Shown here in pieces: positions 1 through 8,382 of a stretch of 30,858 bases of DNA (position 1 is the first letter of the stretch; every line of letters starts with the position of its first letter). The notes below the pieces were generated by a model, which made no database searches, was not told the origin of the DNA, and saw nothing but the letters and a program-made list of their open reading frames with translations. This stretch comes from Candidatus Hodarchaeota archaeon (GTDB taxonomy: Archaea; Asgardarchaeota; Lokiarchaeia; Sigyniarchaeales; SOKP01). The translations under genes and the position numbers were made by a program. The stretch spans positions 1 through 30,858 of the forward strand of contig JBHLKB010000001.1 of the NCBI GenBank assembly GCA_048887205.1, written 5' to 3'.

Positions 1-627
1 ATGCTAAATTGGGGTGATGCGAATGGAATAACACGGCGTGTAAGATATTATCAAAATATGGCAAATCAAATTGAAGAATTGGATAAAATTACAATAGCGG
101 CGGTAGATGGCTTTGCGGTGGGTGGTGGATTAGAGATCACAATGGTATGTGATTTTGTCATCGCAACAGAAAGAGCTAAATGGGGTATGCCAGAAGTGGA
201 TGTAGGAATAACACCTGGATGGGGTGGAACTACTAGATTATCACGCCTTATTGGACGACGTAGAGCTAAGGAAATCAATTTAATAGGTGCTCTTCAACCT
301 GCACAGCGAGCAGTAGAATGGAATTTATGGAATCGTGTAGTTCCAAATGACCAACTTGATAACGAGGTAGAAAAATTACTCGAAGTACTCAAATCTAAAA
401 ATCAACAAGGTATGAGGCAACTCAAATTTATAATAAATAAAGGAGTTGAGTGTGATCTTTATACAGCACAGGGTTTTGAAGTGTTATCAGGGGCATTAAC
501 AGGAGCAGTTAGTGGAATGTGGAAAATTGAGGATGCAGATCGAGGTGCAGGGATAATAGGTTTTTCTAAAAAAAATGAGCTTTGGGAACGGAGAAGAAGC
601 TTAGCTAAAAACTTCTGGACAGATTAA
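1..627 (+). CDS. Enoyl-CoA hydratase/isomerase (crotonase) family protein, probably 5'-truncated by the window edge
   Basis: Motifs AAVDGFAVGGGLE, GMPEVDVGITPGWGGTTRL and IGRRRAKE; both catalytic Glu positions (GGGLE, PE) are present. The family's N-terminal part is missing, so the ATG at 1 is probably internal. Confidence 0.9.
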   Translation: MLNWGDANGITRRVRYYQNMANQIEELDKITIAAVDGFAVGGGLEITMVCDFVIATERAKWGMPEVDVGITPGWGGTTRLSRLIGRRRAKEINLIGALQPAQRAVEWNLWNRVVPNDQLDNEVEKLLEVLKSKNQQGMRQLKFIINKGVECDLYTAQGFEVLSGALTGAVSGMWKIEDADRGAGIIGFSKKNELWERRRSLAKNFWTD

Positions 628-655
628 TTTTAATATGAATTTTTAAGTCATGAAA

Positions 656-2092
656 TTAATCATGTAGAATAGGTTTTCTTGCTGCAAGTACAGCATCAAG
701 GCGTTTGACTGGAGTATTATGAGGAGCATTTTTTAGGAGATCAGGATTAAATTCTGCTTCTTCATAAATTTTATTCATTACTTCTACAAAGTAATCTAAA
801 GATTGTTTTGATTCGGTTTCAGTAGGCTCGATCATTAAAGCTCCCGGAATAATCAAAGGAAAATAGATGGTAGGCGCATAAATTCCAAAATCCAGTATAC
901 GTTTTGCAATATCTTCAGTAGTAATATTATGGGGCATACCTTGATCTGATAAGACGAATTCATGTTGGCAAATACGGTTATAGGGGAGATTATATTTTTG
1001 TTGTAATCGAGCTCTTAAATAATTTGCATTTAAAACTGCAACTTGAGCAGCTTTCTTTAAACCCTCTGCCCCTAAAGCTAAGATATAAGCGTATGCTCTA
1101 ATTATTACTCCGAAATTACCCCAAAAAGCTTTAATTCTTCCAATTGAATTTTTATTTTTTTCTCTACATATAATACCATCTTCTGTCGACACTAAACAGG
1201 GTTCAGGAAGAAAAGGAATTAGATCATTTACAACACCTAAGGGACCTGATCCTGGTCCACCTCCACCGTGTGGAGTAGAAAAGGTTTTATGTAAATTTAA
1301 ATGAACAATATCAAATCCCATTTCCCGAGGACGACATATTCCTAACATTGGATTTAGATTTGCACCATCATAATAACATAATCCTCCATTATCATGCACA
1401 ATACGCGTAATATCTTTTATTTGACTATCAAAAACCCCTAGAGTATTCGGATTGGTAAGCATGATTCCCGCAACATCACCTTCCTGCATTGCGAATTCTA
1501 ATTGGTCTAATGGAACTTCTCCGTCTTTATTTGATTTTAATTCTATGATTGAAAATCCTGCCATTTTTACTGATGCTGGATTGGTTCCATGAGCGGAATC
1601 TGGAACTATTATTTTTTGTTTTTTAAGAGCTTTCATCTCAAAATACTTTTTCATTATTAATAATCCTACTAATTCTCCATGAGCTCCAGCTGCTGGTTGT
1701 AGCGTAAATCCATCCATTCCTGTTAATTCTCCTAATAATTTTGAAATATGAAAGAGTAATTCAATACACCCTTCATTCTCTTCTTGTAATGGATGAATAA
1801 ACGTAAATCCGGGTAATTTTGCAACAATTTCATTTATTTTAGGGTTATATTTCATAGTGCACGAGCCTAGAGGATATATTCCAGTATCCACACCATAATT
1901 TAGATGACTTAAATTGATAAAATGGCGAACTAGTTCGATTTCTGGAATATTCGGAATTGGTAGATCTTTTCTTTGTAAATTCTCTGGTATAATTTCATTG
2001 AGATCAACAATGTCAATATCCATCTGAGGAGCAAATTTTTGGTGTTTACCATCAAAACCTTTTTCAAAAATTAATGGGACATTAGATTTCAT
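656..2092 (-). CDS. gcvPB: Glycine dehydrogenase (decarboxylating) subunit 2, P-protein beta
   Basis: YPLGSCTMKYNP, QPAAGAHGE, PDSAHGTNPAS, LTNPNTLG and the PLP-lysine motif HLNLHKTFSTPHGGGGPGSGP. Confidence 0.98.
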   Translation of the reverse strand: MKSNVPLIFEKGFDGKHQKFAPQMDIDIVDLNEIIPENLQRKDLPIPNIPEIELVRHFINLSHLNYGVDTGIYPLGSCTMKYNPKINEIVAKLPGFTFIHPLQEENEGCIELLFHISKLLGELTGMDGFTLQPAAGAHGELVGLLIMKKYFEMKALKKQKIIVPDSAHGTNPASVKMAGFSIIELKSNKDGEVPLDQLEFAMQEGDVAGIMLTNPNTLGVFDSQIKDITRIVHDNGGLCYYDGANLNPMLGICRPREMGFDIVHLNLHKTFSTPHGGGGPGSGPLGVVNDLIPFLPEPCLVSTEDGIICREKNKNSIGRIKAFWGNFGVIIRAYAYILALGAEGLKKAAQVAVLNANYLRARLQQKYNLPYNRICQHEFVLSDQGMPHNITTEDIAKRILDFGIYAPTIYFPLIIPGALMIEPTETESKQSLDYFVEVMNKIYEEAEFNPDLLKNAPHNTPVKRLDAVLAARKPILHD

Positions 2093-2094
2093 AA

Positions 2095-3435
2095 TTATTT
2101 AACCTCCGTTTTATCATTTGAAACAGTTCGAGCTGCTTCTATAAAAGTATCAATTGAATCTTTTGAGTTCATTTCAGTTACACATACTAAAGCAATATTG
2201 TTCATTTCAGGATAATAATATGTCATATTAAGTGGAGGTTGAAGATTTCGTTGCTTACATTGTTTAATTAAAGCTTTAATATTAGGACATTTAACCAAAA
2301 ATTCGTTATAAGTTGCTTTTTTATTTAATATTTCATAACCAGGAAGTTTATTAAGTTCTCTTTTAAGAAAATGAGCTTTTTGAAAATTTTGAAATGCTAC
2401 TTCTTTTAAACCTGTTCTTCCCATTGCTAAGAGGTATACTAATGCTGCCAATGAACACAGTGCTTGATTAGTACAAATGTTTGAACTTGCCTTTTCTCTT
2501 CGAATATGTTGTTCACGTGCTTGCAGCGTCAAAATAAATCCCTTTTTTTGCCCATTGATTTCTTTAGTTTTACCAATCAATCTACCCGGCATTTTTCTTA
2601 AATATTTTTGTTTAGCAGTAAATATTCCTAACCCTGGTCCACCAAATGATGGACTAATACCAAAAGATTGTCCTTCAGCCACAAAAATATCAACATCAGT
2701 TTCTCCAGGAGGTTTTAGAATGCCTAGACATGTTGGGTCAGTCATAACTTGAATAATCAAACAGTTTGGGTAATTATCTCTAACGATGTCTGCTATTTTG
2801 GAAACTTCTTCAATATCACCGAAAAAATTAGGATTTTGAAATAATACAGCAGCTACTTCATTGTTTAATTTATCTTTTAGATTTTCTTTTATTCCAGTCT
2901 CAATATTAATATTTTGTCCCCAACAATAGGTTTTAACAACTTCTTCATATTCAGGATGAATTCCTTTAAGCATTATTACTGAATTTTTCCTTGTAATAAT
3001 TGTAGCCATAATAGCAGCTTCAGCAAGAGCAGTTGATCCATCATACATACTCGCGTTTGCGACATCCATCTGTGTTAGTCGAGAGATTATTGTTTGGTAT
3101 TCATAAATAGCTTGTAAATAACCCTGACTAGCCTCAGCTTGATATGGTGTATAAGAGCTATAAAATTCAGATCGAGAGATAACAAAATCAACTAAAGATG
3201 GAATATAATGATAATAACAACCAGCTCCTAGGAAAGAACTTGAATATACTTTATTCTTTTGAGAAAGTTTATTTAATTGATGTAAAAGATCTGATTCAGA
3301 TAGACCAGAAGGTAAGTTGTAATTCTCAATTAATAAATCTTTAGGAATATCCTGAAAAAGTTCTTGTAAAGAATCAGTACCAATAACATCTAACATTTCT
3401 GCAATTGTTTTATTATCATGAGGTACAAAATTCAT
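2095..3435 (-). CDS. gcvPA: Glycine dehydrogenase (decarboxylating) subunit 1, P-protein alpha
   Basis: SFLGAGCYYHYIP, EFYSSYTPYQAEASQG, ANASMYDGSTALAEA, FGGPGLG, LQAREQHIRREKASSNICTNQAL. Confidence 0.98.
   Translation of the reverse strand: MNFVPHDNKTIAEMLDVIGTDSLQELFQDIPKDLLIENYNLPSGLSESDLLHQLNKLSQKNKVYSSSFLGAGCYYHYIPSLVDFVISRSEFYSSYTPYQAEASQGYLQAIYEYQTIISRLTQMDVANASMYDGSTALAEAAIMATIITRKNSVIMLKGIHPEYEEVVKTYCWGQNINIETGIKENLKDKLNNEVAAVLFQNPNFFGDIEEVSKIADIVRDNYPNCLIIQVMTDPTCLGILKPPGETDVDIFVAEGQSFGISPSFGGPGLGIFTAKQKYLRKMPGRLIGKTKEINGQKKGFILTLQAREQHIRREKASSNICTNQALCSLAALVYLLAMGRTGLKEVAFQNFQKAHFLKRELNKLPGYEILNKKATYNEFLVKCPNIKALIKQCKQRNLQPPLNMTYYYPEMNNIALVCVTEMNSKDSIDTFIEAARTVSNDKTEVK
2103..2107 (-). 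promoter_or_regulatory. Shine-Dalgarno-like GGAGG for gcvPB, inside the 3' end of gcvPA
   Basis: Minus strand reads GGAGG-TTAAATAATT-ATG; only 2 nt separate the gcvPA stop from the gcvPB start. Confidence 0.6.
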
Positions 3436-3497
3436 TTGTTTATTAACTCATTTATATGAAAATTCAAAAATTAATAAAAACAATAAAGAAAAAAATA

Positions 3498-3902
3498 TTA
3501 ATGTATTTCTTTTTGGATTATTTGTTTGTATTCTTCACAAGATAAAAGGGCATCTCTTTCATCATAGTGAGAAAATTTTATCCTTATCATCCACCCATCT
3601 TCAAATGGAGAGGAATTTACAAGCTCTGGATTATTAGCAAGATTTTTATTTATCCCTATAATTTCTCCTGATAAGGGCATGATTAAATCACCTACAGCTT
3701 TTACTGATTCAATCTCAGCAGCATTGCTTCCCTTTTCAAATACCATGCCAACTTCAGGAAGTTCTACAAATACAATATCCCCTAATTGATGTTGGGCATA
3801 ATCAGTAATTCCTACAATGGCGATACTATCTTCAAATCTTACCCATTCGTGAGTTCGCGTGTATTCTAAATTGTCTGGAAATTTATAATCCATAATTTTC
3901 AC
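3498..3902 (-). CDS. gcvH: Glycine cleavage system H protein (lipoyl carrier)
   Basis: YTRTHEWV, VGITDYAQHQLGDIVFVELP, lipoyl-lysine motif IESVKAV, NSSPFEDGW; GTG start preceded by GGAG. Confidence 0.98.
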   Translation of the reverse strand: MKIMDYKFPDNLEYTRTHEWVRFEDSIAIVGITDYAQHQLGDIVFVELPEVGMVFEKGSNAAEIESVKAVGDLIMPLSGEIIGINKNLANNPELVNSSPFEDGWMIRIKFSHYDERDALLSCEEYKQIIQKEIH

Positions 3903-3914
3903 ATTTTCTCTCCT

Positions 3915-5012
3915 TTATACATTACGATAAAATGGTGTAGGAACAATCTCTCCTCTTAACAATCTATTTCGAATTTCAATTTCAAATTCAGTTCCTATTT
4001 CTTTATATTGCTTCTTCACAATTCCTAAACCAATTGTCTTTTTAAGCGTGGGTGAATACCCCCCAGAAGTAACAAAACCAATTTCATTACCATCTTTAAA
4101 AATCTTATAATTTTCCCTTATAATTCCTTTGTCTATCAAATTAAGACCAACCAAAACATTTTCAGTTCCTTGAGTTTTTTGTTCGATAAGAATTTCTTTT
4201 CCAATGTAATCAATTCCTTCTTTAGGTTTTACCAACCAGCTGAGCCCGGCTTCAACTGGAGTTATAACATCATTTATTTCATGACCATAAAGAGAATAAC
4301 AAGCTTCTAATCTTAATGAATCTCTCGCTCCCAAACCGGCAGGAGTTGCTCCAATGCTTATTAAATCATTCCAAATCTTTTCTGCAAACCTATTTTCAAA
4401 TGATATTTCAAATCCTCTTTCACCTGTATATCCAGTCCTCGCAAGAAAAACTGGAGCTTCATTAATAGTACAATGAGCAAAATAAAACCTATTAATTTGA
4501 GAAAGCTCAACATTCACTAATGGTTGAAGATATTCATCAGATTTGGGTCCTTGAAACGCAACACGAGATCGTTTTGTCGAAAGATTTGTGATTTTAACAT
4601 CATATTCTCCTAAATGGTCATTAAGCCATTGGAAATCTTTTTCAATATTAATAGCATTAACAATCATTCTAAAACGTTCTGGATTTTCTTCATAATAGAC
4701 TAAATCATCTACAACTGTTCCGTTTTCATAACACATACAAGAATATTGACCTTTAGATGGCTCTAATAAATTTAAATCATTTATCATTATATATTGAAGG
4801 AATTTAATGACATCTTTACCTTCGAGTAGAAATTCACCCATATGTGAGATATCAAATAAACCAACACTAGAACGAACAGCTTCGTGCTCCTTTATTATAC
4901 TATCATACTGAACTGGCATATAATATCCTGCAAAACTAACCATCCGAGCTCCATGTTTTAAATGAATCTCGTAGAGGGCAGTTTTTTTAATTTCAATAGG
5001 TTCAGTATTCAT
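3915..5012 (-). CDS. gcvT: Glycine cleavage system aminomethyltransferase T
   Basis: FAGYYMPVQY, GLFDISHMGE, VVDDL, RTGYTGERGFE, GLGARDSLRLEA, GFVTSGGYSPTL. The ATG at 5012 is preferred over the track's GTG at 5021 because GGTGA at 5022-5026 lies 9 nt upstream of it. Confidence 0.97.
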   Translation of the reverse strand: MNTEPIEIKKTALYEIHLKHGARMVSFAGYYMPVQYDSIIKEHEAVRSSVGLFDISHMGEFLLEGKDVIKFLQYIMINDLNLLEPSKGQYSCMCYENGTVVDDLVYYEENPERFRMIVNAINIEKDFQWLNDHLGEYDVKITNLSTKRSRVAFQGPKSDEYLQPLVNVELSQINRFYFAHCTINEAPVFLARTGYTGERGFEISFENRFAEKIWNDLISIGATPAGLGARDSLRLEACYSLYGHEINDVITPVEAGLSWLVKPKEGIDYIGKEILIEQKTQGTENVLVGLNLIDKGIIRENYKIFKDGNEIGFVTSGGYSPTLKKTIGLGIVKKQYKEIGTEFEIEIRNRLLRGEIVPTPFYRNV

Positions 5013-5021
5013 GATTTCCAC

Positions 5022-5026
5022 TCACC
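5022..5026 (-). promoter_or_regulatory. Shine-Dalgarno-like GGTGA for gcvT
   Basis: Minus strand reads TGGTGAGTGGAAATC-ATG. Confidence 0.6.
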
Positions 5027-5186
5027 ATTACATCATTAATGTATTTAATTTGTATAGTGGAATAAATTATATGCTTAATTTAAATTTTTAGGGTTAGGTT
5101 AAGAGTCAAAGGCTTTCATTCTTAGTGATAATTTTCTAGATAAAAATCGTAAAAATTATTTTATTAGCTATATTTTAATAAAGAAA

Positions 5187-6071
5187 ATGAATGAAAAAAA
5201 TACTGAGAATCATTATTTATCATTAAAAGATATAATCTCTGAGAGTCTTTTACGAGATTTGGTTTTGTTTACTTTCCTTTTTATTTTAATCATCGCACAA
5301 ACATGGGATAATATATTCTTATTATTATTTCCCTTGATAACATTTGCATTTTCCCTATTTTTTAGAATTATTACTAGTAATAAAAAAAGAACAGAATTTC
5401 AAAATAGTCTTGTTATTTATAATCCTTTAGGTTTAGAAAGGAAAAATGCAAATCGGTTGTTTTTTTCTTCCCTTTTTCAAGCAATCTTAGTTTATTGGTT
5501 GGGTGCTGAATCTTTATACAATCCCCATTTAGTTTATGGATATTTCTCCTACTTTAGAGGACTTTTCATCTTTTCATATACATTTGGATTTTTTTGGATT
5601 TTCATTGATTTATGGAAATATACAAGAATAGAAATAATAACAGAGCATATTGATGGAGGAACTCCTCAATATAACGATTCTCAATTCTCTAGTGATTTAA
5701 GGAATGTAATTTCGTTTTTAAAATTGAAAAATTTTAGAATTTTTTCTTTTACCACATTTTTTGTTTTCATATTTCTAAACATTATAAATATAATTCTTAT
5801 ATTCCTCTCATTTTCTAATACTATTGGAGTAAATTTAATCCTTCCAGGTCTAGAAATTATAACATTTTCTTTTTTTATTTATGGATTTCTTATTATTTCG
5901 CCAACGTTAACGTCCATTCTTTTAATTTTAAATTATAAAGCTATTAATAATTTTAGCAGAGAAAAGTTGAATAAGATTATCGAGCCACTACCAAGAAATA
6001 TACAAATTGGCATAATTGAAAATCTTAAAGTATTGAATAATAAAATAAAAGAACAATTAAAAACTGAATAA
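5187..6071 (+). CDS. Hypothetical multi-pass membrane protein
   Basis: 294-aa ORF with about 6-7 Phe/Leu/Ile-rich hydrophobic segments and a charged C-terminal tail; no recognised family. Confidence 0.75.
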   Translation: MNEKNTENHYLSLKDIISESLLRDLVLFTFLFILIIAQTWDNIFLLLFPLITFAFSLFFRIITSNKKRTEFQNSLVIYNPLGLERKNANRLFFSSLFQAILVYWLGAESLYNPHLVYGYFSYFRGLFIFSYTFGFFWIFIDLWKYTRIEIITEHIDGGTPQYNDSQFSSDLRNVISFLKLKNFRIFSFTTFFVFIFLNIINIILIFLSFSNTIGVNLILPGLEIITFSFFIYGFLIISPTLTSILLILNYKAINNFSREKLNKIIEPLPRNIQIGIIENLKVLNNKIKEQLKTE

Positions 6072-6123
6072 AATTTATTAAAATCTTCATTTATATTATT
6101 ATTAATTATCTTTCAAAAAAATA

Positions 6124-6666
6124 TTGACCATAATTATGTCGCAGCGAAAAATACTTTTTAAAATCGTTATTGTCGGAGATGGAGGTGTAGGAAAAAGCAC
6201 TATGGTTCAAAGATTAACTACAGGGCAATTTATTCCTCAGAAAATCACGATTGGGACTGATTTAGCGACATTTGGTATTAATATAGATAATATAAATGCT
6301 ACTTTACAAATTTGGGATTTTGCTGGAGAAAGACGTTTTAGACTTTTTTTACCTCATTATTCTAAGGGTGCAACAGGGTGTTTGCTTTGTTATGATATCA
6401 CAAGGCGTACTAGTTTTGACAGTTTGGATGAATGGTATAATGTTGTTAGCAAAAACGCTGCAGATCCCATATTTATTTTAGTTGGAGAAAAACTTGATTT
6501 AGCTGATATTAGAAGAAGTGTACAATATGAACATGCTGAAGAATTTAAAGAAAAATACAATCTTGACTACTTTTTTGAAACATCTTCAAAGAGTGGTGAA
6601 AATAATAAAAACATTTTCGAAACCTTAACTCGATCAATATTAAAAAAACATAATATTTTAAAATAG
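6124..6666 (+). CDS. Rab-like small GTPase (Ras superfamily)
   Basis: G1 GDGGVGKS, G2 ITIG, G3 WDFAGE, G4 GEKLD, G5 ETSSK; no C-terminal Cys prenylation motif. Start is TTG 6124 or ATG 6136. Confidence 0.95.
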   Translation: MTIIMSQRKILFKIVIVGDGGVGKSTMVQRLTTGQFIPQKITIGTDLATFGINIDNINATLQIWDFAGERRFRLFLPHYSKGATGCLLCYDITRRTSFDSLDEWYNVVSKNAADPIFILVGEKLDLADIRRSVQYEHAEEFKEKYNLDYFFETSSKSGENNKNIFETLTRSILKKHNILK

Positions 6667-6740
6667 TTTGAATCTTATTCTCAAGAAACTAAGCTTATTA
6701 AGTCATAAATTGAATAAAAAGGAAGAAAGAAATTTTTTTT

Positions 6741-7685
6741 TTAATCTTCAAGAATATCTTTTAACTCATCAATGTTAAGATTTAAATATTTAGCTGTTAT
6801 TAACTCTTTGCTAAGGAGTGTTAAGAAATTCTTTTTGCGTTTTTTGTTTAGAAATTTCTTCATCTCAGATAGATCTGGATTTGGATCTGTAATTTCAATT
6901 AGTTTGTTTTTAACAGCAGCATCAACCAGTTTTTGCCCAGTATCCGTTCTAATTATTAGAAAAGCTTCTCCAGAACCTTTTGGAGCCCCCCATGGTGAAT
7001 AGGAAATATCTGAGAACTCTCCAGAGAAATCAGTGCAATATTTACATCCTGTCATACCTCCCGAGGAACAAGCGTATGCAATTCTCAATGAAGTTCGTTC
7101 TGCTCCAGTATTAAAATCGGAGGTTAGAATTTTAGCAAGACCTTGGATATGACATGGATTAGCAAGAATTCCAATTTTACGTTTAAAATCTTTATAAGCT
7201 TGACCTATTCCGGTGATAAGTGGTCCAGCATTATCCATAGTAGCTTTTGGTATATATTTTTTTGCATCTTTAGCATTATCTACGACCACAGGAAAAGCAA
7301 CTGGGGGTTTTTTACTTTTTGGTTCACTTAAAACCATATGTTTTGCTAATCCTGATTCAAAAGCAGCAACCACAAGATTAGTTAAAATGTCATCCTTGTT
7401 TTTCGATTTTACTTGAATTATATCACTATAAACTCCTACAGCTAAATCTATGCGAGTTTTTCCAAATAATTTTTGTTCAATTTCTGATACAGGGAGGAAA
7501 CTTCGTGGGCAAGCATTATAACAGAGTCCTACAGTTTCAGCACATTCATCTACAACATATGCTTCTCCAGTTTCCTGATTAAAATCCATATGTGGACAAA
7601 AAGCATTACAACTTCCACAGTGGACGCATAAACCCGCGTAGATTACTTCATTTTCGAGATCTTGACTAGATTTTTCGATTTTCAT
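6741..7685 (-). CDS. Ferredoxin-fused coenzyme F420 hydrogenase/dehydrogenase beta-subunit-like protein (FrhB/FpoF family), degenerate
   Basis: N-terminal CVHCGSCNAFCP...GLCYNACPR; FrhB-like NPCHIQGL, GCKYCTDFSGEFSDIS and IIRTDTGQKLVDAA. Confidence 0.85.
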   Translation of the reverse strand: MKIEKSSQDLENEVIYAGLCVHCGSCNAFCPHMDFNQETGEAYVVDECAETVGLCYNACPRSFLPVSEIEQKLFGKTRIDLAVGVYSDIIQVKSKNKDDILTNLVVAAFESGLAKHMVLSEPKSKKPPVAFPVVVDNAKDAKKYIPKATMDNAGPLITGIGQAYKDFKRKIGILANPCHIQGLAKILTSDFNTGAERTSLRIAYACSSGGMTGCKYCTDFSGEFSDISYSPWGAPKGSGEAFLIIRTDTGQKLVDAAVKNKLIEITDPNPDLSEMKKFLNKKRKKNFLTLLSKELITAKYLNLNIDELKDILED

Positions 7686-7709
7686 TTATTTTAACCATAT
7701 ACTTTTTGT

Positions 7710-7745
7710 GTGTGAAATTTCACACTAAATGAAATCTCACACTAA
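7710..7745. promoter_or_regulatory. Operator-like site: perfect 16-bp palindrome plus 17-bp-period direct repeat
   Basis: GTGTGAAATTTCACAC at 7710-7725; TGAAATTTCACACTAA (7713-7728) recurs as TGAAATCTCACACTAA (7730-7745); 25-60 bp upstream of the FrhB-like start. Confidence 0.65.
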
Positions 7746-7887
7746 TAAAAAGGTTTTTTATAGAGAACAATTTTCAAATGGACAAATAAGTATTTCAATT
7801 TTGAAAATAAATGTATGAACACTCATTATATTTATTTGTTCTTATCTCTTTAAAATTCAAATCAATTCAGTGTAAAATTATATTATA

Positions 7888-8184
7888 TCAATATTTGTTC
7901 TCATTTTCTGAATCATCTAATAAGCGGGAGCAAGTTTCTTCAAGCTTCTTAATTAAATGGTCGCGGTCTTTCCACATAATCCAGGTATTTCCTGATTTTT
8001 CAAAATGGAATCCATTATATTCATCACTTATTTTAGTCAATGTTTTTTTAACAAAACTCCAAGAAAATCCTGTATCCTCTACTATTTTAGCAATAGCAAT
8101 AGGATGATTAATTTCAAGCTTATTATTAAAATAGGCGATTATTTTCTCGTAACCTGTTTTTGGGGTAAGATTTGTATCAGACAT
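7888..8184 (-). CDS. Small winged helix-turn-helix-like protein, putative DNA-binding
   Basis: Helix YEKIIAYF, HTH-like IAIAKIVEDTGFSWSFVKKTLTKI, then beta-wing-like GFHFEKSGNTWIMW. Confidence 0.65.
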   Translation of the reverse strand: MSDTNLTPKTGYEKIIAYFNNKLEINHPIAIAKIVEDTGFSWSFVKKTLTKISDEYNGFHFEKSGNTWIMWKDRDHLIKKLEETCSRLLDDSENENKY

Positions 8185-8382
8185 TTTAATAATTATTGTA
8201 TTGAGCCTTTAACTCATATAATAATTCTTCTTTTAAATAGTAAACATTTATAATATGTAATTATTGTTTAATGTTTGTAAATGCTACCAAATATCACTTT
8301 TTGAGAGAAATCTGTATTCGATGAGATAATTTGTAGAAACTTCCTAATTTTAAATTATAAAAAAAGGGTGTGATTTTGTATT

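Noticed and set aside
5022-5186. Possible glycine riboswitch upstream of gcvT
   Set aside because: The 165-bp spacer is AT-rich, shared with a divergent gene, and shows no glycine aptamer motifs or stable stems.
5187-6071. Membrane protein as an Aph-1-like gamma-secretase subunit, and the 937-aa protein as nicastrin-like
   Set aside because: No recognisable Aph-1 motifs; the large ectodomain looks like a helical toroid, not the peptidase-like nicastrin fold.
6741-7685. Selenocysteine (UGA) recoding in redox genes
   Set aside because: The FrhB-like, mtd, mch and ftr frames have no internal TGA and appear complete at their 3' ends.
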